Below are positions 32,377 to 43,500 of a stretch of 64,000 nucleotides of DNA, in pieces. Numbering within the stretch: position 1 is the stretch's first letter; the number at the start of each line of letters is the position of its first letter. Position numbers and translations under genes: made by a program. Under the pieces are notes generated by a model, which made no database searches, had not been told where the DNA came from, and saw only the letters and a program-made list of their open reading frames with translations. Source of the stretch: Macrostomum lignano (Eukaryota); contig NIVC01000127.1 in NCBI GenBank assembly GCA_002269645.1, forward strand, positions 186,001 to 250,000, given 5' to 3'.

Positions 32377-33093
32377 ATGGCGGATTCTGATGATGACGAC
32401 TATAAGCCCAGTGTGCAATTGAAGATTGTTGTCGTTGGCGATGGATCTTCAGGAAAGACATCACTGACTTGCAGATATGCGCAGGATTTGTTCGGTAAAG
32501 ACTATCGTCAAACAATAGGTGTTGACTTTTTCATGAAAAAAATCGTTCTACCTGGAAATACCGAAGTAACACTCCAAGTTTGGGACATCGGAGGCCAAAC
32601 ACTCGGTGGCAGTATGCTAGATAAGTACTTATACAACGCAGATGGAGTCGTCCTGGTGTACGACATTACAAACTTTTCCAGTTTCGAAAACCTGGAGGAT
32701 TGGCTCACCTCTGCAAAGAAAATGATTGACCCGTCAAAAAATCCGCACTTTGCTCTGGTCGGCAATAAAATGGACTTGGAGCATCTGCGAACAGTCAAAG
32801 CGGATCGGCACGAGAAGCTCTGCCAAGAAAAGAATCTGTCTAGTCATTTCACATCTGCCAAGACCGGCGACTCTGTCAACGCCATGTTTATGAAGGTGGC
32901 CGCTGCAATCTTGAAGATCACCCTGCGTCAGAACGACATCGATCAGCAGAAGGGAGTTGTCAAAGCCGAAATTGGAAACGCGGCGTCGCGCAGCTCAGCT
33001 GGACAAGGCGCCACTCCAAGTCGCCCTTCTAACTCGCAATTGTCTAACACTAATGCGAATCAAGTGCAGACCAAAGCTTGCACATTGCTATGA
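32377..33093 (+). CDS. RAB28: Ras-related protein Rab-28, single coding exon
   Basis: [10 protein letters not shown]-loop, [28 protein letters not shown] (Rab28-specific DIGGQ), GNKMD, SAKTG, C-terminal CaaX CTLL. Confidence 0.95.
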   Translation: MADSDDDDYKPSVQLKIVVVGDGSSGKTSLTCRYAQDLFGKDYRQTIGVDFFMKKIVLPGNTEVTLQVWDIGGQTLGGSMLDKYLYNADGVVLVYDITNFSSFENLEDWLTSAKKMIDPSKNPHFALVGNKMDLEHLRTVKADRHEKLCQEKNLSSHFTSAKTGDSVNAMFMKVAAAILKITLRQNDIDQQKGVVKAEIGNAASRSSAGQGATPSRPSNSQLSNTNANQVQTKACTLL

Positions 33094-34618
33094 CCTGCAG
33101 CCTGCACAGCCAAAACAATTGTGCTATTAACAGGGCTGGCTTTCATGTTGTCCTTCAGTCTGTGCGAATTTGATTTTATAGTCTCGCATGCTTTCTTTTT
33201 CTGTGTTCTATTTCATAATTATATTGGTATATATATCAAGTTATGGGCCAATTGATTTTTTTGGAATTCAAATCTAAGCAAAATGCTTTCAACATTGATT
33301 CACAATGCCACAAATGCTTGTATGTGCATTTTAGTGCATTATTTTTTCCTGTAACTGTTCACAAATATCTGCACTAAAAATTCCAGTAACTCCTGATGGT
33401 AAGCAAAGCTCTGAAGAATGGAACAGAAAGCTTATAGTTATTTTTTTAATTAAAATCCAATTGAAATCCAATAAATTTAGTTCCAGTGTCATTAAAAATT
33501 GTACTAACAGTCAATACTAAGTCAAATTTCAGCCAAAGCTCACATGATTGGAATTCAATTTAATTAATTTCCTGCAAGTTATTTTTATTTATCTGTATTA
33601 TACTAGAGCAGGCCAAATTCAATGTAGAAAAATGGCATATAGATTTTACATTCCAAACTTAGAAGTTTGAACATATTCTTATGCCTTTGTAATTGTAGTA
33701 ATATTTTTTATGTAATTAGAATGCATAAAATATACAAACTTATGGTTGTCGCTTGATTTGCTAGATAAAATAGGATTTATAATATTTTAAAACTTTTATA
33801 GACACAAATTTTGATTGTATGTATTGATTTAATAAGGTTAATCCTGCATGTGGTTTGTACTACATTAAACTGGTGTTGATTGCATAAATAAATTTTTTAC
33901 AATCTGGTGGGTGTAATATATGCAATACCTACTCAACTGCATAAAAAGATTAACAAAGCAACAAATTTGCAGTGAATTTTATTCGTTTAGTTATTTGATC
34001 CGGTAAAAAAGCAATAACTATCCAAAGATTAATTTAAATGTATATTTTTCTAACTGTGGTTTGGTTTTTTTTTCAACAAAAACCACAGGTGACCACCCAG
34101 CTGAGGCGCAGGCAGTCAAAGCATGTCGCATGATTGGTAAAGAAATTAACAAATTCATGTCACTAGACGGTGGAGAGTGCAGGAGCCACTGTGCAGACAA
34201 TGACGATGGACTTTATGGGGAAAAACAACGTTAGTCGTGCGGACAGGCGCATGCAAATATTAATATCTGAGGCTAAAAGTTTGAAGAAATAAAATAATAC
34301 TAGCAAACAGTTTCTAAAGAGGCTCGCAATTAATAAATAAATTAACAGGTGAAAACAATGCATCTGTGTACAAAATCAGCTCTTGTGTGGGCGCTCTGTG
34401 TGTACATCCAAATGTACATTACATTGTATACGAGTCCAATGCATCTCAATATGTAGCGTTTAACAGTGCAGTCAAATGTAACTTTGGTAACGCACAATAC
34501 AATGTACAAATCAGAGTCGAGGTAAGGTGCATCGTTTGATAAAAGCCAGAAGAATGAAAGCGAAAACGAACATTCGCATGCTTTTCTTTAATAATACCAA
34601 ATTGCAAATTTATTAATC

Positions 34619-34662
34619 TTTGCGCGACGTGTTTCGCCGAACAATTGGCATCTTCAGGCAAT
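34619..34662 (-). ncRNA. Minimal type-I hammerhead ribozyme motif (minus strand)
   Basis: TTGC-CTGAAGA-T-GCC-AATTGTTC-GGC-GAAAC-AC-GTC-GCGCAAA: CUGANGA core, stem II, GAAA, GUC triplet, downstream ATTAATAAA. Confidence 0.7.
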
Positions 34663-34732
34663 AATAGGTGCAGAGAGATGGAAGCCAAATATGATGCAAG
34701 TATGCAAAATTACCATCTCTCTGCATCTATTA

Positions 34733-34778
34733 TTGCCCCTGAAGATGCCAATTGTTGGGCGAAACACTTCGCGCAAAG
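34733..34778 (+). ncRNA. Minimal type-I hammerhead ribozyme motif (plus strand, GUC>UUC variant)
   Basis: TTGCCC-CTGAAGA-T-GCC-AATTGTTG-GGC-GAAAC-AC-TTC-GCGCAAAG. Confidence 0.6.
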
Positions 34779-34875
34779 ATTAATAAATTTGCAATTTGGT
34801 ATTATTAAAGAAAAGCATGCGAATATTTGTTTACGCTTTCGTTCTTCTGGCTTTATTGTACAAATCAGTGCGTAT

Positions 34876-35115
34876 GTAATGTACATCTAATTTGCAGATC
34901 AATGTACATCCACATTGTACATCTAATGTACATATCAATGTACATCCACATTGTACATCTAATGTACATATCAATGTACATCCACATTGTACATCTAATG
35001 TACATATCAATGTACATCCACATTGTACATCTAATGTACATATCAAGTGTACATCTAATGTACCTATCAATATCAATTTATTTAGATTAGATGTACATTA
35101 AAAACATATCAATGC
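34876..35115. repeat. Minisatellite, 36-bp unit built from TGTACA palindromes, ~5-6 copies
   Basis: AATGTACATATCAATGTACATCCACATTGTACATCT repeated. Confidence 0.92.
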
Positions 35116-36329
35116 ACATTAAGGTAACTGTAACTTGTACTTGTAAACCTGGAAAACTCGGTTAAAAAGCGTTCCATCCCAAGCAAAAAGAGTGTACAAC
35201 TAACAGTGTACATACTTGAGCGAATATTACAGATATTGTGAAAGAAGAGAAAGTTCAAATTGAGTGAACCCATCTACGGCTAATTTGTGAAGCACAAAAA
35301 ATGTAACAGCACACCCAAGGGAAGTGTGCACTAAAAGCAAGGAAAGGTTACCATAGAGCATACGCAGCAGACAGGTAACACATTGAAAAAAATAATTACA
35401 AGACAGGTTTGAGATAGCTTTAACCTTCTCACATGAATTCAAGAGACAAAATAATTATAAAAAGTAAATTATTCGATTTTTTAAATTCCGCACTAAAAAT
35501 CACAAAATATCAAATAGATAAAAATAATACAAAGCTGTCTGCTTTTATCGATCTGCTTTAATTAGCTATATCTAGCTACTTCACAAAAAACGCAAAAATG
35601 ACCCACAGGTAGGCGCTGATCAAATAATAGTTGATTTTCTATAATAAACTAATTAACTTAAATTTTATTGATAAATGATCACAGTCTCATCTGTGATTGG
35701 CTGGCACACCCGCCGGGCAGAGAGCGGGATCGGGGCGGTTGGCCTAAAATGACGTGGCCGGCGCTGATTGGCCTGAGGAGAAGAGGCTGACGAGAAACGA
35801 GAAGCGGCTAGGTGAGACGCCTTAAAGTTGAACTATAAAGTATAGAATTTAAAGTACAAACAAATAGAATTGTCATGTTAAAAGCAGGGAGCAAAGGTAA
35901 AAAGATGTATCAATTGACTGTTAGAGAGAATAATTCAGAAGAAGCAATAAGGATATTAAAAATCGCTAAACAAAGGATACCAGCTCCGACCAAAACAGTT
36001 GCTGGTTTCAATTTGATCTTCAGAGATCACGTTGGGAGAGGAAATTGAAAAATAAGTGCTAAAATGTTTCTTTTGAAACGAACTTCGGCCTTCAAATATA
36101 CTTACGATATTTTAGTGTTAATGTATTACTACAGAATATTAAATAGGAGCGCCCCAGGTATTTAACAGGCAGCTCAAGACGTAGCACAAAGTACACTTCG
36201 AACAGACTGAACAGATAGCCTCAGCGTATCGCCACTAGCACTGAAGTCAACGAATGAGACGCTGGTTAAACGCCGAGGCACTGACACAGTTAGTTGCTTC
36301 CTTCAAATTTACTTTCGATCAAGGGTTGG

Positions 36330-36640
36330 CAAACTGCGGCCTCTATATAATAGCCTCTCTATTCGGCCCTCGTGTTCTTTTAAACTTCACAATAGTAATC
36401 CATCCGACCCGCTCAAGGTCTCTTCTAAGCTCTTTCATATACCTTCTTTCTCCCTCTCTTCTCTGGATCCTTTCTCCACTCGTTTTTCTCCTCTATCCTC
36501 TCATCATCTCTTATCTCTTTTCTCGTCTCGCATCTTCCAGTGGACGACCGAAGAGCCCTATCCTCCAGCTTATTATCTTCCCAATGACCATATGCGGGTC
36601 GCATGAATCTAAGGCACAAAAACAAGTTGTCTATGGTTAA
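36330..36640 (-). mobile_element. Decayed LINE (RTE-like) 3' fragment
   Basis: LRFMRPAYGH...EKRGRKKVYERA*RRDL resembles the RTE C-terminal (L.W.GH...R.RGR) segment. Confidence 0.35.
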
Positions 36641-36766
36641 AACACCGACTTAGGCAGAAATCAATGGCCAAATCGTTCAGTTTTGCATTCTCTATGCCTA
36701 CAGTGATGCGCTTCTAGAAATGAAAGAAAACAAGTTTCTCTTATGCCAAATACATGGTGGAGAAAG

Positions 36767-37510
36767 CTACTGCACTGGGCATTCCAATCCCAGCATCCCG
36801 TCTTCATCCTCGGGCAGCTGCACCACATCCGGCAGGGCACGCAGCAGGTAGGTGAGGGTGCCGAACCGGCCGCTAGGCGCCGTGTCGTAGAAATGCGCGC
36901 AGACGCCGCAGGCGCCGCCGCAGACAAGCGCCGGGTAGGTGGCGCCGGCGCCGCGGCGCCAGTCTTCGTGCCGCAACAGCTGGTCGATCTGGTCGGGCAC
37001 AGCGCAGCAGGCGCAGGCGTCACCGCCCAGGCTGAGCTGGTCGCTCAGAAAGGTGTAGTTGGCCCTGTGCACCAGCTGCTCGGCGGGCAGGATCCTGTGC
37101 AGATCCACTCGCTGCAGCTGGTCACAGTCCGGCAGGCGGACCAGCAGGCTCAGAGCTTCAACAACCAGCTGGCGGTACTCCGGCACTGGCACGGCCGTGA
37201 TCATCGCCTCAACGTGCAGAGCAAACTTTACTTCGCCAGCCGTCATCTCCCTGGTGAGGTACTGGCCGATGATTTGGCCGTAGATGCTCACGCCCTCCGT
37301 GTACTCCAGCAGGCGCCACATCCGCCTGTAGAAGCCGGCCGGCACCCGGTTCAAAGCGCCGTCGATTCGTCGGCGCCGAAGCCACTGGCCGCGCCGGTCG
37401 GAGCTCATGGTCTGGCCGAGCCGCTCCTCCGCCCACTGGCCCGGTCGCTGGCCGGGGCCGTCCGACGGCGCAAGGCTGCGCGGCCGGAAGTCGAGCACGC
37501 GCGAGTCCGA
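36767..37510 (-). CDS. PHKA: PHKA terminal exon (13)
   Basis: [19 protein letters not shown]...[14 protein letters not shown]...PEYRQLVVE...[15 protein letters not shown]...CPVQ*; acceptor CCCCAG. Confidence 0.93.
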   Translation of the reverse strand, partial: SDSRVLDFRPRSLAPSDGPGQRPGQWAEERLGQTMSSDRRGQWLRRRRIDGALNRVPAGFYRRMWRLLEYTEGVSIYGQIIGQYLTREMTAGEVKFALHVEAMITAVPVPEYRQLVVEALSLLVRLPDCDQLQRVDLHRILPAEQLVHRANYTFLSDQLSLGGDACACCAVPDQIDQLLRHEDWRRGAGATYPALVCGGACGVCAHFYDTAPSGRFGTLTYLLRALPDVVQLPEDEDGMLGLECPVQ

Positions 37511-40500
37511 CTGGGGATTGGGAGAGGAGGGGAAGATTTTTGGCAGTGGATTTGCCTTCTCTCTAGAATTCTATTCCCATGCTCTGGACTATTCTAAATG
37601 GGATATTTAGAAGATCAGAATCAGAATTGGCTTGATGAACTTTGGCGGCTCAAAGGTGTCGGTTTGAAGAATCGCAGCTCCAGATCACAAAGGCGTTACA
37701 TAGACACTGCTCGATGGGTTCGAGAGCTGGACTCGGGGGCAGAAAAGTATGGAGACTCAAGGCGTTTAAAGAAAAGTTAAGGAGATATGAGGAAAGGAAC
37801 CAGAATCTGTGGAGGAGATCATCAAGAGGAGAAAGCCCAAATATTACGGACATCAGACGAGGAAGGGAGCCATGGCAAATTTCTGTATTCAAGGAGAAAT
37901 AGATAGTGAAAGAAGAAGAGGAAGACTGAGAAAAGGCTTTCTAAAGGAATGGACCGGATGGACAAATGGAGAGAGAGGCTAAGAAGAGCATCGAAGGACA
38001 GGGAGGCAGTGGTGGCAGGATTTTTTGCATGAATGGGTGCGCCCACCGTCATGAAAGAATTTTAAGGCTGGTTTTCGCTACGGAGATAGGTAGTGTATTA
38101 TAGAAGATTGATAGCCATAAAGCTTTTCGTTCAGAAAATTAAGATTCTATGTTAATTTCTTTTTCTACATACAATTGTATATGTTATGTGCCTAAAAACC
38201 ATTAAAACGGCATGAGTCGAGCTGTGCCATGCATTTTATTATTTTAGGTACAGGGAATGTACGTAGAATAATAAAAGTAATATTAAATACCAATTTTCCG
38301 GCAAAAACCAGCCTCATTAACTTTTTCTGAGAAACAGTTTCCCGTCCTAGTTAAGTATAGTCCTTGGGTTAATAAACTGAGACCAATCAGAGGAAGTCAC
38401 GTGAGATAATGATGAGAAACAGTGTCTATGGTTCTTCTCTGCTTGACTGTCCATTTTCTATAGTCTATGGCCAAGCCAGTCCTTTAACCATTTGTCCGGA
38501 TGAACAATAAAAATCGAAAGTTGAAGCACTGCAAGCGATGCACCAAACAACGTTGGGTAGCAAATAAAAAGTTCACAACAATAAATAGCAAAAGCATTTG
38601 ACTATTGGCTAAGACAGAATAATTGCCAAAAGCTAATAATCTTCTTCAGGCAGACACTATGCCCCTCAAGCAAGAGTTAGTAAACCATACGAGAGTTGTT
38701 AAAATCGTCATTCATCATTATAGATTAATTTAACCGCATGCATTTCGTTAGCAACTAACTAGACTCTATATAATAGACAATAAATGCTTAATCACAGTGC
38801 GAGCACAACAGCTATTAGCAGAGAATAGTCAGTTTTACTGAGGCCTCACCTCCAACGAGATCTGCTCGTCCTCCGCTGAATAAGGAACATAAAGCTTAAC
38901 GTTAGCATGTAAGATAATAATAGCTGAACATCTCAAAGTCTTAATTAATAGCTCCCGAATACTAAAATAATAATAATGAGCGGAAAAGTCAGTCAAGTTA
39001 GCTGTGCACAGGGCCGCTTTGAGCACACGCTCGCTTCTGATTAGAAACACGGCCGGTCTGAGCTAAAATTAGACTCCCGCAATTAGTCCCCGCGTGCTTC
39101 TCCCTCATCCCTTACTCCCACCTGCAGGGGATAGCTCTTGTTGCTAGGGAAACGGATTAGGCCTAGCAGGTGTAGATAGCACAACAAACAGTGGCGAGGG
39201 AAAAGTACGAGAGAGTAGCACTGAACCCGAGATGAGGGGTAAGAGAGGCAAGCTGTACACAAGCTGTTTTGCTAAGTAAAATAATACAGTAAAAGTCGCA
39301 CTCAACTACTCACAGTATTCCGCGTGGAATTCTTTGCCGCTGAGAATGTGATGCAGCAGTGTTTTCATCTTGTACGGACTCAGGCCTAGCAGGTGCTCGG
39401 TGGCCTCTTCAGCTGCGGGGGGGGGGTTACTTGGCTAGTTCAGGATATTTATAGGCTGTTAATTTGGTTGGAATCTGGACTCGCTGACTAGCAGCAGTCG
39501 CAGGGACCTCTGGTGCTGCTCCTCTGTAGCGTTTGAAGAAACAGAGCTGCCCCCCTCTTTAGCTGCCCCCTCTTTAACTGCCCCCATCTTTAGCTGCCCC
39601 CTGTAGCTGCCCTCTGTAGCTGCCCCCTGTAGCTGCCCTCTGTAGCTGCCCTCTGTAGCTGCCCCCCTCTGTACATGTAGCTGCCCCCTGTAGCTGCCCT
39701 CTGTAGCTGCCCCTCTGTAGCTGCCCCCTCTGTAGCTGCCCCCATCTTTAGCTGCCCTCTGTAGCTGCCCCCTGCAGACCTACCGGAGATATTCAGCGCC
39801 CTGGCCATCTCGGAGCCCATGACCTGGATGACCAGGCCCACCCGGATCCTGTACATGCTGGCCAGCAGCTGCGGCTCAGTCCTAGCCAGCATGCTCAGGT
39901 ACACCAGCAGCTCCTGGGTGAGCACGCCAAGTGTTGGATCGCTGTCGCTGGCTGTCCGAATCAGCTGAGCGAGGGCGGCGCCTCCGCGCGGCGAGCTGAT
40001 CACTGTCTCGCGCGGCTCCGGTGGCAGGCCGACAGTCACCTGGGCGTATCGATTGTCGGGGACAATTAAGGACGCGTACTTCAGCTATGGCAGATTCGAA
40101 CCCCTGACCCTACGAGTATAAGATTCGAACCCCTGAACCTACGAGCATAAGATTCTAACCCCTGACCCTACGAGTATAAGATTCGAATCCCTGACCCTAC
40201 GAGTATAAGATTCGAACCCCTGAACCTAAGAGTATAAGATTCGAATCCCTGACCCTACGAGTATAAGATTCGAACCCCTGACCCTACGAGTATAAGATTC
40301 AAACCTCTGACCCTACGAGTATAAGATTCGAACCCCTGACCCTACGAGTATAAGATTCGAACCTCTGACCCTACGAGTATAAGATTCGAACCCCTGACCC
40401 TACGAGTATAAGATTCGAACCCCTGACCCTACGAGTATAAGATTCGAACCCCTGACCCTACGAGTATAAGATTCGAACCCCTGACCCTACGAGTACGAGT

Positions 40501-43500
40501 ATGATATTCGAATCCCTGACCCTACGAGTATAAGATTCGAACCCCTGACCCTACGAGTATAAGATTCGAACCCCTGACCCTACGAGTATAAGATTCGAAT
40601 CCCTGACCCTACGAGTATAAGATTCGAACCCCTGACCCTACGAGTATAAGATTCGAATCCCTGACCCTACGAGTATAAGATTCGAATCCCTGACCCTACG
40701 AGTAGAAGATTCGAATCCCTGACCCTACGAGTACAAGATTCGAACCCCTGACCCTACGAGTATAAGATTCGAACCCCTGACCCTACGAGTATAAGATTCG
40801 AACCCCTGACCCTACGAGTATAAGATTCGAACCCCTGACCCTACGAGTATAAGATTCGAACCTCTGACCCTACGAGTATAAAATTCGAACCTCTGACCCT
40901 ACGAGTATAAGATTCGAACCCCTGACCCTACGAGTATAAGATGCGAACCCCTGACCCTACGAGTATGATATTCGAACCCCTGACCCTACGAGTATAAGAT
41001 TCGAACCCCTGACCCTACGAGTACGAGTATGATATTCGAATCCCTGACCCTACGAGTATAAGATTCGAACCCCTGACCCTACGAGTATAAGATTCGAACC
41101 CCTGACCCTACGAGTATAAGATTCGAATCCCTGACCCTACGAGTATAAGATTCGAACCCCTGACCCTACGAGTATAAGATTCGAATCCCTGACCCTACGA
41201 GTATAAGATTCGAATCCCTGACCCTACGAGTAGAAGATTCGAATCCCTGACCCTACGAGTACAAGATTCGAACCCCTGACCCTACGAGTATAAGATTCGA
41301 ACCCCTGACCCTACGAGTATAAGATTCGAACCCCTGACCCTACGAGTATAAGATTCGAACCCCTGACCCTACGAGTATAAGATTCGAACCTCTGACCCTA
41401 CGAGTATAAGATTCGAACCTCTGACCCTACGAGTATAAGATTCGAACCCCTGACCCTACGAGTATAAGATGCGAACCCCTGACCCTACGAGTATGATATT
41501 CGAACCCCTGACCCTACGAGTATAAGATTCGAACCTCTGACCCTACGAGTATAAAATTCGAACCCCTGACCCTACGAGTATAAGATTCGAACCCCTGACC
41601 CTACGAGTATGATATTCGAACCCCTGACCCTACGAGTATAAGATTCGAACCTCCAACCATACAATTATATTCGACATTCGATTTTTTCAACTCAAACTTC
41701 AAGTCACACACTAGAAGAATAATAAAATCAAATAGAAAAATATAAAATATAAAATCCACACTCACGTGCTTCTGTCGGACCAGCAGATCAGTGAGAAACA
41801 TTGGCAATTTCTCAACTCGCTTGTCCAGCATTCCGGCCGTGTAGCGAACCAGCCACCACTGGCGGAGCGAGCCGGCCCGCTCGTACAGCTCCTTGACGAG
41901 GTCGCGCACTGTCACCGGCTGGCCGCTGCCGTTGGCGTCCTCCCAGCCTGTGCTGTAGTCCAGGCCTCTGCGTTGGCGCAGGCGGAGGCGTTAAGTATTT
42001 TTTAAATCGCGTCCCATAAGTGTACAGCGGCCCTGACTTTCTATTCGTCAGGCATGTACACTCTCTGTGCCTTGGGGGTTGTTGGAGCGAGAGTCAGACG
42101 CGTTTACCGCTGACCTACTTTGACTCCGTATTACTAAGTAGCAAGTAACGAATATGGCGGCTATTTTCCTGTGAAGAACTCAACTAGATGTTTCATTACT
42201 TCACTGCAAGATAAGAAACAGTCACGTGACAATCTGTAAATCAGTGCGCGGGAGGGAACAAATGTACATTAGTCAGCCAGGCTATAAATAAATGTACATA
42301 GCTGGCCGCTCCGATGCGTTATTCGGATGTACAATAAAATTAGGGTTAAGAGGACAGATAAAAACAGCCAATAGGAATCTAAGGAGTAAGACATTCAGCC
42401 AATCTCACTTTGTATGGTACAGATGAAACAGCAGGTCGAACTGCTCGTACAGATGGTCGGACTGGGCCAGCCGTTTCAGCAGCTGCTGCTCGTTCATGCT
42501 GGCCATGCAGTTCCCCGAGTCGTGCTGGTCAGTGGCCCTAGCGCAGTGCACCATTCGCTTCATGCTGTCCACGCTGTCCTCGTTCAGCATTGTGGGGTTC
42601 TTCAGCCGGTGCGTCACTGCGGAGGGGTTGGGGCAGCAAGGGTCAGCACTGACTCACTGCTCACCATTGACTGCAGCTGCCTGACTCACTGTTCACCATT
42701 GACTGACTGCAGCTGCCTGACTCACTGCTCACCATTGACTGCAGCTGACTGACTCACTGCTCACCATTGACTGCAGCTGCCTGACTCACTGCTCACCATT
42801 GACTGCAGCTGCCTGACTCACTGCTCACCATTGACTGACTGCAGCTGACTGACTCACTGCTCACCATTGACTGCAGCTGACTGACTCACTGCTCACCATT
42901 GACTGCAGCTGCCTGACTCACTGCTCACCATTGACTGCAGCTGCCTGACTCACTGTTCACCATTGACTGACTGCAGCTGCCTGACTCACTGTTCACCATT
43001 GACTGACTGCAGCTGACTGACTCACTGTTCACCATTGACTGACTGCAGCTGACTGACTCACTGCTCACCATTGACTGACTGCAGCTGCCTGACTCACTGC
43101 TCACCATTGACTGACTGCAGCTGCCTGACTCACTGTTCACCATTGACTGACTGCAGCTGCCTGACTCACTGTTCACCATTGACTGACTGCAACTGACTGA
43201 CTCACTGTTCACCATTGACTGACTGCAGCTGCCTGACTCACTGTTCACCATTGACTGACAGTAGCTGACTGAATCACTGCTCACCATTGACTGCAGCTGC
43301 CTGACTCACTGTTCACCATTGACTGACTGCAGCTGCCTGACTCACTGTTCACCATTGACTGACTGCAGCTGACTGACTCACTGTTCACCATTGACTGACT
43401 GCAGCTGACTGACTCACTGCTCACCATTGACTGCAGCTGCCTGACTCACTGTTCACCATTGACTGACTGCAGCTGACTGACTCACTGCTCACCATTGACT

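Larger units (their letters stand above)
34539..34856. repeat. Long inverted repeat (~143-bp arms, 31-bp spacer), Penelope pLTR-like
   Basis: 34539-34681 is the reverse complement of 34713-34856 with few mismatches. Direct repeat TGTACAAATCAG at 34503-34514 and 34857-34868. Confidence 0.92.

Noticed and set aside
39118-39260. Alternative PHKA exon ending at CCCCTGCAG|GTGGGA
   Set aside because: The encoded peptide is implausible and does not fit the neighbouring phases together with the 26-nt exon; not excluded as a rare isoform
40088-41652. CRISPR-like appearance (29-bp partly palindromic repeats)
   Set aside because: Units are head-to-tail with no unique spacers, there are no cas genes, and the context is a eukaryotic intron
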